The notes: a model not told the origin generated them from the sequence alone. 64,000 nt of DNA from Sphyrna mokarran (GCA_024679065.1 JAGIQG010000040.1:6262001-6326000); one strand, 5' to 3'. Positions 1-10,856 are shown, numbered from the stretch's first letter. Program-made: numbers and translations.

Positions 1-168
1 TGTAGAAAATCGACGGTTCTACATAGACCATGTTAAATTGACCCTATGTCAAGAGTTATGCAGGATAAATACACGGAGTTGTGGGAATGGGGCCTGAGTG
101 GGATTGTGGCCAGTGCAAACTCGATGGGACGAATGGTCTCCTTTTGTACTGTAGGGATTTTATGATTC
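1..168 (+). mobile_element. 3' part of HE1/V-SINE-type SINE
   Basis: Ends GCAAACTCGATGGGACGAATGGTCTCCTTTTGTACTGTAGGGATTTTATGATTC, a HER1/CR1-type tail; inverted paralogue at 2812-3128. Confidence 0.8.
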
Positions 169-169
169 G

Positions 170-280
170 CAGCTAACGTCAGCTCAGGGAGATAAGCCAA
201 TCGCAGCACTGAGAAACGCCCCCCAGTTTGCTAATAATTGAAGCTGTCTTTGATCTGAGTTCACTCTGTGATATAAGACT
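170..280 (+). promoter_or_regulatory. TCR V promoter (family I): CRE-like, CCAAT, TATA-like
   Basis: TAACGTCA 174-181, CCAAT 197-201, TATAA 272-276; the same CRE-like/CCAAT order occurs upstream of the other three family I V genes (TGACGTCA, TGACATCA, TGACTTCA). Confidence 0.65.
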
Positions 281-334
281 AGAGGCAGCAACATATTTTA
301 AACACTGTTGCTGCTTCCTCTCCTATCAGGAATC

Positions 335-769
335 ATGTGTTCCCTGTGTGTTTTACTGATAATAACGGCCATGCTGCCCGGTGAGTCTGACCTCAAATCC
401 TCAGTGTCTGTTTCAAGGGTTATATTTGCTCATAGATTTCTCACATATTCCACATTTTGTTGCAGGAATCAATGGCGAAGATTCAGTTTCCCAGCCGCCT
501 GAATTAACGGTTCAGGAAGGATTGAACGTTACAGTGAATTGTAATTACACAACAAAAGATGCTCTTCCAAATCTCTTCTGGTACATCCAGTATCCCGGGG
601 AAGCTCCAAGATATTTAGTGAAGAGATATGGCACGAGTGGCGAAGGAAGGTCTCCAGATTTCCCTGACCGGTTTTCCGCTGATTTGGACAAGGACAAGAA
701 AACAGTTCCTTTAAATATCACTGAGGTCCGTGTCTCTGACTCTGCCGTGTATCACTGTGCGCTGAACCC
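335..769 (+). CDS. TCR alpha/delta V segment V1 (family I), intact; leader 335-380, V exon 466-769
   Basis: Leader MCSLCVLLIITAMLP, GT-AG intron, Ig V domain with CNY..LFWYIQYPGEAPRYL..SDSAVYHCAL, followed by an RSS. Confidence 0.92.
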
Positions 770-808
770 CACACTGTTACAGAGGCACATGCAGCCCGTA
801 CAAAAACC
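770..808 (+). other. 23-RSS of V1
   Basis: CACACTG + 23 nt + ACAAAAACC. Confidence 0.93.
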
Positions 809-958
809 TACACAGGAACTGCCACCTCCTCTCACTGAATCAGATCTGTGATCTAGATTGTGAACTGTTAATATAAGCAAAACCATGGCATAAACCAAGA
901 GTTCGCCCAAATGCTCTCTTTCCATTGTGCTCAATGTGTCATTCTATATAAATTCTAA

Positions 959-1035
959 TTTCCCAGGACCCGGCTGAATCAATGGTCCAGGAAGGATTGA
1001 ACTTTATAGTGAATTGTAATTACACAACAAAAAAA
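959..1035 (+). pseudogene. Family I V-exon fragment (FR1 only)
   Basis: Translates SQDPAESMVQEGLNFIVNCNYTTK, similar to V1 FR1; no leader, truncated after the first Cys. Confidence 0.8.
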
Positions 1036-1071
1036 CGCATGTCCGCTATTCCCTTCGTCACTCCGCAGCAG

Positions 1072-1603
1072 TGTTTTTGTACGAGGCTCTGGTTCCTTTC
1101 GCAATGTAATTCACCGCGCTGTCCGATAGCTCACAGGTGGTGAAATTTCCCTCATTTTTCGAAGTGCTCATAGATGCAAAAAAAAACCGATTCCCGTGCC
1201 TTCTGCTCTGCAATCATCTCTGTAGTTAGGGATGGAAGTCAAGAATTTGGCGGCTTTATCCCGGTACGGCGATGTAGCTGTGAAGAAAATGCACTGTGTG
1301 TGGTCGATTAGCTGAAGTCAATGGATATCGATTCTCTTCATCGCTATAAGTGGACCCTGGAAGACAGAAACTGCACCAATCACATCTAAAAACATAGAAG
1401 TACAAACTTAACGTTTTATCATCACTTTGTTGGGAAAAAATGTGATCAGGGTAACTAATTACATTACAAATAGAGAAAAAACAATTAAAAGGGAAGATTT
1501 TTATCTCAGTATCTCGAGCAATGCTGTGGATTTTGCAATTTTGGAATTTACCAGTTAAGGAAGTTGCAGCTATGATGAATGTATAAAAACTAACAGAAAG
1601 CAT
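1072..1603 (-). pseudogene. TCR V pseudogene (family IV); leader 1603-1552, V exon from 1356
   Basis: Leader MLSVSFYTFIIAATSLT|GTAAAT, acceptor TTCCAG|, frameshifted remnants DKAAKFL, ASMSTSKNEGNFT, ELSDSAVNY; nonamer ACAAAAACA at 1080-1072. Confidence 0.75.
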
Positions 1604-2171
1604 TCTCGCAGAGCTGGTGCTGGATCTGAACTCAGTGAGTTAAAACTGTTTTAGTTCAGAAAATGCTGAGTAATACCCGGCCTCACTGGCGATTGGTTCA
1701 TTCCAGACAGAGCCAGCAGGAGACACCCAATCAGCTGACGGCTTCTTTGTCCTACATTTCATCCAATCAGCTCACAGTGTCTTTGTTCTCCAATGCATGG
1801 AGGAGCAGGAGCCATTTGAATCTGTTCTCAGAACAATGAACTGGACTCGAAGAAGCTACACGACCAAATGAAGGTCTCGCTCTCTTTGACGAAGTGAGGG
1901 CATGAAAACAAATGTTGGTCATTTTCAGGAATTAATCTTAGAGATAGAACGCAGATGGATTTTGGGTTAACGTTGTGATAATAGTGGCAGAGTTTTCTAT
2001 TCCACGATTTGCTCCAAACAGCTATAAAAATGGAATTTATATTGAATTTATGTACCATGGAAAAATAGCATTCGGGCTAACTCTTCGTTATACTATTGTT
2101 TGTTTTTATTAACAGTTCACAATCTAGGTCACAGATCTGATTCAGTGAGAGGAGGTGAGAGTCCCTGCGCA

Positions 2172-2210
2172 GGTTTTTGTACGGGCTGAATGTGCTTCTG
2201 TAACAGTGTG
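2172..2210 (-). other. 23-RSS of V2
   Basis: CACACTG + 23 nt + ACAAAAACC on the minus strand. Confidence 0.93.
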
Positions 2211-2647
2211 GGATCGAGCGCACAGTGATACACGGCAGAATCAGAGACACGGACCCCGGTGATAGTTAAAGGAACTGTTTTCTTGTCCTTGTCCAAATCG
2301 GCAGAAAACCGGTCAGCAAAATCTGGAGACCTTCCTTCGCCACTCGTGCCATATCTCTTCACTAAATATCTCGGAGCTTCCCCGGGACACTGGATGTACC
2401 AGAAGAGATATGGACTAGCACTTTTTGTTGTGTAATTACAATTCAATGTAACGTTCAATCCTTCCTGAACCGTAAATTCAGGCGGCTGGGAAACTGAATC
2501 TTGGCCATTGATTCCTGCAACAAAATATAGAACATGTGAGAGAAATCTATAAGCAAATATAACCCATGAAAGACGCACTGAGGATTTGAGGTCAGACTTA
2601 CCGGGCAGCGTGGCCATTATTATCAGTAAAACACACAGGGGACACAT
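2211..2647 (-). CDS. TCR alpha/delta V segment V2 (family I), intact; leader 2647-2602, V exon 2514-2211
   Basis: Leader MCPLCVLLIIMATLP, GTAAGT donor, TTGCAG acceptor, V domain close to V1, RSS present. Confidence 0.92.
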
Positions 2648-2699
2648 GATTCCAGACAGGAGAGTAAGCAGCGACAGTGTTTAAAATATGTTGCTTCTT

Positions 2700-2810
2700 C
2701 TAGTCTTATATCACAGAGTGAACTCATATCAAAGGCAGCTTCAATTATTAGGAAACATGGGCGTTCCTCACTGCTGCGATTGGCTCATCTTCCTGAGCTG
2801 ACGTCAGCTG
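2700..2810 (-). promoter_or_regulatory. V2 promoter with perfect CRE
   Basis: TGACGTCA 2799-2806, CCAAT (ATTGG on + strand at 2779-2783), TATAA-like at ~2706-2710. Confidence 0.7.
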
Positions 2811-2811
2811 C

Positions 2812-3128
2812 GAATCATAAAATCCCTACAGTGCAAAAGGAGACCATTCGTCCCATCAAGTTTGCACTGGCCGCAATCCCACCTAGGCCCCCCTCCCGCA
2901 AGTCCGTGTATTTATCTTGCGTATCTCCTGACACTAGAGTTAATTTAACATAGCCAATCAACTTAACATGCACATCTTTGGACTGTGGGAGGAAAAGGAG
3001 CACCCGAAGGAGATCCACGTAGACACAGGGAGAACATGCAAACTTCATCCAGAAAGTGACCCGAAGCCGTAACTGAACCCGGGTCCCTGACACTGTGAGA
3101 CAGCAGTGCTATCCACTGTGGCACCATG
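2812..3128 (-). mobile_element. Full-length HE1/V-SINE-type SINE
   Basis: tRNA-like head (CACAGTGGATAGCACTGCTGTCTCACAG..GGGACCCGGGTTC), V-domain-like core, CR1-type tail. Confidence 0.85.
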
Positions 3129-3451
3129 CTTCCCCATAATCAGTGAGCCAATCATTGTTAGTTAATGATTTAATATAGCTGACTCTTTCCAATCACTTTC
3201 TTTCCGTGGCCGTAAACGTATTTCTAAATTCCTTGCTGTCTCTCTCTGCTCTCTCCCACATAATCAGTTATTCTGTCTCATTAACTGATTAACTCACTTT
3301 CCTCAGAACTCACTCCATCAATCTTTCTTAAGGCAGATCCTTTTTTCTAATTCAGGTGAAAAGTTAAATCAATTTAATCAGTTATTGGTGTCACAGTGGT
3401 TAGCATTGCTGCCTCACATCCCAGGGACATGGGTTCGATTCGAGTCTCGAG

Positions 3452-3650
3452 TCACTAACTCTTCATTATTCATCTCTGAAAATACACAGCGGAGACACAG
3501 TGTGTTAGGAGTCAGAGGAAGACAATTGTTACACAGAATTGGGAAAGGAAAGTTGCATAAGGTTTGCCATATACTTCACAATATGTGATAAGAATCACTG
3601 ACCTGTAATCTGTGCAATAACTAGAATCAGGAACATTTTTATCCCAGGTT
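3452..3650 (-). pseudogene. Truncated TCR V pseudogene (family III): leader, intron and ~25 nt of V exon
   Basis: Homologous to 16563-16760; leader remnant MFLILVIAQIT|GTCAGT, acceptor TTTCAG|AGATGAATAAT; cut by an opposite-strand SINE head at 3385-3455. Confidence 0.75.
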
Positions 3651-3825
3651 TCCAGTCTGAGCTCAGAAACAATGATCCCTGTCTAGACTGAACCTGGAAT
3701 GTGAGAAGTTGGAAGAGTCAACACGATGTTGTGCGATTGGCTGAGCTTTATTTACCCACCCATTTTTATATCTGCAAGTATCATTCTCTGCAGAAGGTGA
3801 CTGTGATGTTTGGTAAATGATCAGA

Positions 3826-3855
3826 GAGCGCCCTCCTGTGGACAATATAACTGCA
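3826..3855 (-). promoter_or_regulatory. Putative CTCF-binding element upstream of family III V
   Basis: TGCAGTTATATTGTCCACAGGAGGGCGCTC: CCAC..GGGCGC core plus upstream TGCAGT module. Confidence 0.65.
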
Positions 3856-4099
3856 TTGGGAACTGACACAGAAATCAGAGCCCAGATATAAACGCGCCGA
3901 GAAATATGAAGATCCAGAAATATCCAGTACAGCTACAACATGGACACGAGGAAATATCAGCTCCATATCCACACCGTTAAGACCCCTTGTGGTTTTAAAA
4001 GTTTCAGTGAAGTTATCTCTTCAAAACTCCAGCCGATACAAACCTAACATCAATATTCTCATTGCTAATACAGATAAGCCGCACGTACCTGTTGGTTTT

Positions 4100-4270
4100 T
4101 CTACCCAGTGAGTCTGTGTTAAATCATCACAGTTTGTTCCTAGCGTTCCCCACTAGATACTTAAGAGATTCTGTAATTTGTTGCAGGAACCAATAGCAAA
4201 GATGAAATGTCCCAAGATCTCCCTGAATTGACGGTTCAGGAAGGACATATCATAACACAGCACTGCAGCC
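4100..4270 (+). pseudogene. Family I V fragment (donor, intron, FR1)
   Basis: GTGAGTCTG donor at 4108, TTGCAG acceptor at 4186, then GTNSKDEMSQDLPELTVQEGHIITQHCS and truncation. Confidence 0.75.
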
Positions 4271-4444
4271 CCAAAGACACACAGCTGTCGAAAAAAGAAG
4301 TTTCTCCTGTTCTCTGTTTTCAATTAGCACTTGTTTACTCCGTGACAGTGTCCCGTGTCCCCAGACTCTCCCACGAGGGGAAACATCCACTCAGCATTTT
4401 GTCAATTGAGTTTGTGTTTTTATATGCCCTGTTTGTGAGCACAA

Positions 4445-4545
4445 TATCCACTCTCCTGATGAAGGAGCAGCGCTCCGAAAGCTTGTGGCTTGTGCTACCA
4501 AATGAACCTGGTGGACTTTAACCTGGTGTTGTGAGACTTCTTACG
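4445..4545 (+). mobile_element. Penelope-like element terminal fragment with hammerhead-ribozyme motif
   Basis: CTGATGA-A-GGAGC-AGC-GCTCC-GAAA-GCTT followed by GGACTTTAACCTGGTGTTGTGAGACTTCTTAC. Confidence 0.6.
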
Positions 4546-4603
4546 TTGATTGATAAACGCAAGTGTCCCTTATGCCTTTTTCATCATTCTACTAAAATGT
4601 CCT

Positions 4604-4647
4604 NNNNNNNNNNNNNNNNNNNNNNNNNNNNNNNNNNNNNNNNNNNN
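4604..4647. other. Assembly gap (44 N)
   Basis: Run of n. Confidence 1.
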
Positions 4648-5092
4648 TACAAATGATATCTGAAAAAAAATTTCTCCTATCCGCACCGCTATTGTGTGCC
4701 TTAAGCACCAATGCCGGCAGAGGTACAGCGGATTCGGTACAAATGCAGATCGAAAGTTCCAATTAAGGGTCACATGGAACACTGCAGCAACTCACTAAAC
4801 TTTTTTTTTAGGTAGCACAATCCAAATACAAGACCACTGCCATCTAGGAGGACAAGGGCAGCAGGCAGATGGGAACACCACCACCTAGAGGTTCCCTTTC
4901 AAGTTATTTCACATCCTTTCCTGGAAATATAGCGTTATTCCTTCACCCTCACTGAGTCAACCCTGGAACTCCCTCACTAACAGCAGAACGGGTGTACCTG
5001 AAACCTCAGGGACCGCAGAGCTTCAGGAAGGCAGTTCAACACCACATAATACACTCGATTATCTTCGTGTTGTTGGGTGAATTTCTGTGTCC

Positions 5093-6625
5093 TGTCGTGG
5101 TTCCCCAGGGCGACAACTGATTTTAGCCGATTGGAACAGAGAGTCTGAGTTGTAATCCTCCAAGCAGTAGACTTTATTTTCTAGCACAAGACAATAAAGC
5201 CGGGATGGATTAGAAATTGGCTGGCAGATAGAAGACAGAGGGTGGTGGTTGATGGGAGATATTCATCGTGGAGTTCGGTGACGAGTGGTGTGCCTCAGGG
5301 GTCTGTTTTGGGGCCCCTGCTGTTTGTAATTTTTATAAATGATCTGGATGAGGGTATTGAGGGATGGATCAGTAAATTTGCAGATGATACTAAAGTTGGT
5401 GGTGTGGTAGATAGTGAAGAGGGGTGTTTTAGTTTACAGAGTGACTTGGACAAGTTGCAGAGCTGGGCCGAGAGGTGGCAAATGGAGTTTAATGTGGAAA
5501 AGTGTGAGGTAATGCACTTTGGCAGGAACAATAAATGTGTAGAGTATAGGGCTAATGGTAGGGCTCTTAATAGTGTTGAGGAACAGAAGGATCTTGGTGT
5601 ATGTGTCAATAGATCCCTGAAAGTAGGCAGTCAAGTGGATAAAGTTGTTAAGAAGGCATATGGAGTCTTAGCTTTTATTGGTAGGGGGATTGAATTTAGG
5701 AGCCGCAGCATCATGTTGCAACTGTACAAAACTCTAGTGAGGCCGCACTTGGAGTATTGTGTGCAGTTCTGGTCGCCACATTATAAGAAAGATGTGGAGG
5801 CATTGGAGAGGGTACAGAGGAGGTTTACCAGGATGTTGCCTGGTATGGAGGGCAGGTCCTATGAAGAGAGGTTGAAGGATTTGAGGTTGTTTTCGTTAGA
5901 AAGGAGGCGGCTAAGAGGGGATCTTATTGAAGCATATAAGATGATTAGAGGTTTAGATAGGGTGGACAGTGATAGCCTTTTTCCTAGGATGGAGAAAGCT
6001 AGCACGAGGGGACACAGCTTTAAATTAAGGGGTATGAGTTATAGGACGGATATCAGAGGTAGGTTCTTTACTCAAAGAGTGATTAGGGAGTGGAATGCCC
6101 TGCCTGCAGCTGTTGTAGATGCGCCAAGTTTGGTGGCGTTTAAGAGGTTAGTTGATAAGTATATGGAAGAGAAGGGAATGGTTTAGTTTGGAGGGGCATT
6201 GCTTTTTATTTTGGTCGGCACAACATCGAAGGCCGAAGGGCCTGTTCTGTGCTGTATTGTTCTATGTTCTATGTTCTATGTTCTATGAACGACGCGCTTA
6301 CAGTCTTTTTATGCTCACTACAGCTCCACACCCTTATCTCATCCTCAAGGTTGGCTTTCTTAGCCACCATTGTTGTTGAGCCCGTCCTTTATCTACCTTT
6401 TCTGTGATTGGTCACTAAATGATGCATCTCTTACTCTATGAAACTATTGTAGTTACAATCTTTGTCCTTGACCAAATCATTCTGTTTCTACAATAATTGT
6501 GGCTCAGTTTAGCTGACTTAAGTCAAATAATAAAAAAGAGCATATTTACTTCATTCTTTTCTTTTAGTTATAATCATTTTGAGTCATTTCACGTTTTACT
6601 GCTTATACTACAATATTCTCTCACA
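5093..6625 (-). mobile_element. Solo-LTR-like element (~450 bp) interrupted by a LINE
   Basis: TG..CA termini (minus strand TGTGAGAG...CCACGACA), AATAAA ~80 nt before the 3' end; absent from the paralogous site at ~9743. Confidence 0.55.
5202..6287 (+). mobile_element. Young 5'-truncated CR1/HER1-type LINE (RT C-terminal ORF 5242-6186)
   Basis: Open ORF with GVPQGSVLGPLLF and KFADD reverse-transcriptase motifs; (TTCTATG)4 tail. Confidence 0.95.
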
Positions 6626-7057
6626 TTGGCTTCAGGAAGGCAGCTCAACACCACATAATACACTCGATTATCTTCGTGTTGCTGGGTGAATTTCTGAGTC
6701 CCAGATTTATAATAACGGTGTTGCTGTGTGAGTCTCTGTGGGCTATTCGACATCTCGTTTGTTAAATACGACATAAGATTTTGCTCTATTCTGCATTTTG
6801 TTACAAGTATCCGTGCGCTTATTTGAGTTAACAATTCAGAAAGAACAGCCTGCAATTTTCTGCCCTATTAACTCCACTGCGTCGTTCAGTTGGTAGCTAG
6901 ATACTCATTGTTTCAATTTACTATATAAACCGCGGCATGGAAATTAGCATCTAGTTTTTCCGAACCGCTTCTCTGCCGATCTCAGTCAGGAGAAAATACG
7001 CGGTAAATAGACCTGACTGCATTCAGGAAACTTCGTGTGGCTGTGAACACTCGCTGA

Positions 7058-7095
7058 GGTTTTTGTATGGCGTTTAGCTGTAATCTAACGCTGTG
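7058..7095 (-). other. RSS of V3 (22-nt spacer)
   Basis: CACAGCG + 22 nt + ACAAAAACC. Confidence 0.88.
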
Positions 7096-7577
7096 CCTCA
7101 CTGCGCAGTGATAGACCGCCCCGTCCTCCACATTGAGGGCGCTGATATTGGAGGTAACCGTTCTGCTCAGACCTGTCAGCAGCCGCCAGGTATCGTCCTG
7201 AAACTTCATCTTCCTTCTTTGTTAACATTTTAGAAATGATCCATGTCGGTGGCTGTGCCGGTTTGTGCTGATACCATTGCATGTAGTCCATATTCTGGTC
7301 TGTATAGTTACAGCCTAACTGTACCGAACCTCCTTCTGATGCGGTTATTGTCACTGGTGACTGAGTTACTGGATCAGCGCAGCGTCCGCCTGGGAAGATC
7401 GAGGAATTAAATGTCAAGAGTCAGTGTTTGTATCTGCGATAGTTTGAGGAACTTATTCTACGCATCGCACGGATCTTTCAGATTGTTAATTAAGTTACCA
7501 CCAATATGTTTATCTGGTTTGATGAACGTTTTCAAGTACTTACAGTGGAAGAGCGCCGCCAGTACGAGCAGAAACAT
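7096..7577 (-). pseudogene. TCR alpha-type V segment V3 (family II), +1 frameshift in FR3
   Basis: Leader MFLLVLAALFH 7577-7544, V exon 7389-7096; one extra base at ~7150 versus V4 (could be a sequencing error). Confidence 0.82.
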
Positions 7578-7798
7578 GTCTGACTGAATCCCCCTCAGTG
7601 AATGGGAATGGAATGAGTCAGAGAAAGAGAGAAGACGGTCTTAGTTCTGCTGATTGCTTTGTGTGTGTGTATGTGTGTGTGTGTTTATGAGACAGAGGGA
7701 GGGCGGAGTGGGGGTAGGGTGGTGGAGCGGGGAATTCATCGTGACCTCACCAGCCTCCCATCCATACAGGTTTAAGTTGTGACGCTGGGGTTTGAATT

Positions 7799-7817
7799 TG
7801 GCGCCATCTGTCGGCAG
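7799..7817 (-). promoter_or_regulatory. Putative CTCF site upstream of V3
   Basis: CTGCCGACAGATGGCGCCA; nearby TGACCTCA (7742-7749) and AP-1-like TGAGTCA (7614-7620). Confidence 0.65.
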
Positions 7818-10102
7818 ATGCTGTTTAACTACACGCTCAGATTTTGATGTTGAGCGGATTCCGATCCCTGGAACGGCAAGGTGTTTTAGTTCAGTCGGGC
7901 AGCATCACCGAAAGGCCTATTGTTGTGCTGAAATTTTCCCTGTTTTTTTCCTCTGTGTACCAAGACACAAATGCTGCCCAGAAATTTAAATCGGAGCTCT
8001 TCAGATACTGGGTATTTGGGTAAAGGATGCTAAATCTGTGGAAATCATTGTGAGAGTTCTCTGTTTAAATCCTGCGGAGGACAAAATCGAGTGAACGCCA
8101 GGTCTTTGCAGTAAAAGCAGATGTTCTAAATGGGAATAGCGCCAAGGATTAACAGACGAATTTGGTATTTTTTTGCTTATAAGCAAGAAGATAACAAAGC
8201 GACTTAATTGATGTGTTCAGAATGTTCCATTTTCGGGGAGTAGAATATGTGTTACAGATATATTGTGAAACCACCGCTTCTCCTTCTGTCTGATATCGGC
8301 TGAGAGACAGAAGCCCAATGAGCCATGTCTGGAAAAAAGTTTTTTTTTGTCTCAAGGAGGTCGGTTCATAAGGAAAGATTCTCTTCTCTAGGTGCAGTCT
8401 AAAATCTGAATAAAGGCATAAACAAAATCGTGATAGAATTCATGACCGTAAATGGTTAACACAAACTTGAGTCCTAAAGACTGACAGGTGGGAGAATGCG
8501 GCACTTTGTAGTGAAACATCGCCGCCAGCAGAGGGAAGTGTCGAGCCAAATTCCAGACTCGCAACAGCATCCAGCACCAATATTCATAGATTCACAGAAT
8601 CATAGAAGCTTTACAGTACAGAAGAAGGATATTCAGCCCATCGAGTCTGTACTGGTCACAATCCCATCCAGGCCCTATTCCCATAACTACACACATCCAT
8701 CTCGCTAATACCCCTGACACTAGGGCAATCCAGCATGGCCAATGAACCAAATGAAAACAATCAAAAGGAGAAATATCGAAACAGAAATAGTACATTAGCA
8801 TTGATAGCAAAGTTGTGTCATTTCAAGACGGATCTATGAGTTGTCAAAGCTGGTATTACTGTTGGAATGCTAAAAATATTCACATTCATTGAATTGGCCC
8901 TCGGCACTGTTTGTATCTTGAAGCGGGTAATATGCGTACTTTATTCGCAAAAACGCCCAGTTCCAAACAGTCGAGTTAGCAAATGAGGGCGGATGTTTTC
9001 CTGGAGCTTTCAGTCCTCAAATGCAGACTTGCTGAGCTTTTTCAAGAAGTTTAGCTTTTACCAGAGATATCTGAGCTGCTTTGGATACAAAGGAATGAAT
9101 TTTATTGTCGGCTTGTTCGTCCTGGGGTAGGATTCACGCTTTGGATATTTGAGGTCAAATGTGCGCGAAATCCCGAACGAGCCCGATGAATTTGTTTCCT
9201 ATTGCGTAACTCACAGCTTTTGTTCATTTCTTTCCGGTGCAGATGGCGGGTTTGTTCAGGAGTGTAAATGGAATGCTCCCTACTTACATGGATAATGTAG
9301 CTCCAACAACTCAATAAACTCGACACGAACCAGGACCAAACAGTCCGCTTGATCATTCACCACTCCGAAAACACCCATCCCTGCCACCATCGAGAAACAG
9401 CGGGTAACCATCTGCACATTCTACAAGGAACACTGCAGCAACTCACTGAACTTTTATTTTAGGGAGCACAATCCAAATACACGACTACTGCCATCTAGGA
9501 GGACAACGGCAGCAGGCAGATGGGAACACCACCACCTACACGTTCCCTTTCAAGTTATTTCACATCCTTTCCTGGAAATATAACGTTATTCCTTCACCCT
9601 CAGTGGGTCAAACCCTGGGACTCCCTCACTAACAGCAGAATGGGTGTACCTGAAACCTCAGGGACCGCAGAGCTTCAGGAAGGCAGTTCAACACCACGTA
9701 ATACACTCGATTATCTTCGTGTTGTTGGATGAATTTCTGTGTCCCAGATTTATAATAATGGTGTTGCTGTGTGAGTCCCTATGGCGGCTATTCGACATCT
9801 CACTTGTAAAATACGACAAAAGATTTTGATCGGTTCTGCATTTTATTACAAACATCCGTGGGCTTATTTGAGTTAACAATTCAGAAAGAACAGCTTGCAA
9901 TTTTCTGTCCTATTAACTCCACTGCGTCCTTTAGCTGGTAGCTCGATACTCATTGTTTCAAATTACTACATAAATCGCGGCATGGAGATTAGCATCTAGT
10001 TTTTCCAAACCGCTTCTCTGCCGATCTCAATCAGGAGAAAATACTGGGTAAATAGACCTGACTGCATTCAGGAAACTTCGTGGGGCTGTGAACATTCGCT
10101 GA

Positions 10103-10140
10103 GGTTTTTGTATGGCGTTTAGCTGTAATCTAACGCTGTG
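10103..10140 (-). other. RSS of V4 (22-nt spacer)
   Basis: CACAGCG + 22 nt + ACAAAAACC. Confidence 0.88.
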
Positions 10141-10621
10141 CCTCACTGCACAGTAATAGACCGCCCCGTCCTCCACATTGAGGGCGCTGATATTGAGGTA
10201 ACCGTTCTGCTCAGACCTGTCAGCAGCCGCCAGGTACCGTCCTGAAACTTTATTATCCTTCATTGCTAATACTTTAGAAATGATCCATGTCGGTGGCTGT
10301 GCCGGTTTCTGCTGATACCATTGCATGTAGTCCATATTCTGGTCTGTATAGTTACAGCCTAACTGTACCGAACCTCCTTCTGATGCGGTTATTGTCACTG
10401 GTGACTGAGTTACTGGATCAGCGCAGCGTCCGCCTGTGAAGATCGAGGAATTAAATGTCAAGAGTTAGTGTTTGTATCTGCGATAGTTTGAGGAACTTAT
10501 TCTACGCATCGCACGGATCTTTCAGACTGTTAATTAAGTTGCCACCAATATGTTTATCTGCTTTGCTGAACGTTTTCCAGTACTTACAGTGGAAGAGCGC
10601 CGCTAGTACGAGCAGAAACAT
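10141..10621 (-). CDS. TCR alpha-type V segment V4 (family II), intact; leader 10621-10588, V exon 10433-10141
   Basis: DPVTQSP..LGCNY..MQWYQQKPAQPP..EDGAVYYCAVR, canonical splice sites, RSS. Confidence 0.92.
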
Positions 10622-10702
10622 GTCTGACTGAATCCCCCTCAGTGAGTGGGAATGGAATGAGTCAGAGAAAGAGAGAAGACGGTCTTAGTTCAGCTGATTG
10701 CT

Positions 10703-10716
10703 GTGTGTGTGTGTAT

Positions 10717-10748
<32 letters not shown>
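10703..10748. repeat. (TG)n microsatellite in V4 promoter (shorter copy at 7660-7685)
   Basis: Direct inspection. Confidence 0.9.
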
Positions 10749-10856
10749 TTATGAGACAGAGAGAGCGGGAGGGCGGGGTGGGGGGGCGGGAGTCCATCGT
10801 GACCTCACCAGCCTCCCATCTGTACAGGTTTAAGTTGTGACGCTGGGGTTTGAATT

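Noticed and set aside
213-232. CTCF-like AAACTGGGGGGCG in the V1 promoter
   Set aside because: Lacks the CC core and is not conserved in V2, V6 or V8
381-851. ORF-track proteins starting in V introns and running through the RSS (also 18035, 21297, 10027, 2129)
   Set aside because: Unspliced read-through; the true structure is leader exon plus V exon ending at the RSS
3091-3120. Perfect CACAGTG heptamers in SINE heads (also 1773, 3392)
   Set aside because: No nonamer at 12 or 23 nt; part of SINE or promoter sequence
5242-6186. Host reverse-transcriptase gene
   Set aside because: 5'-truncated CR1 ORF2 with a LINE tail and no endonuclease domain
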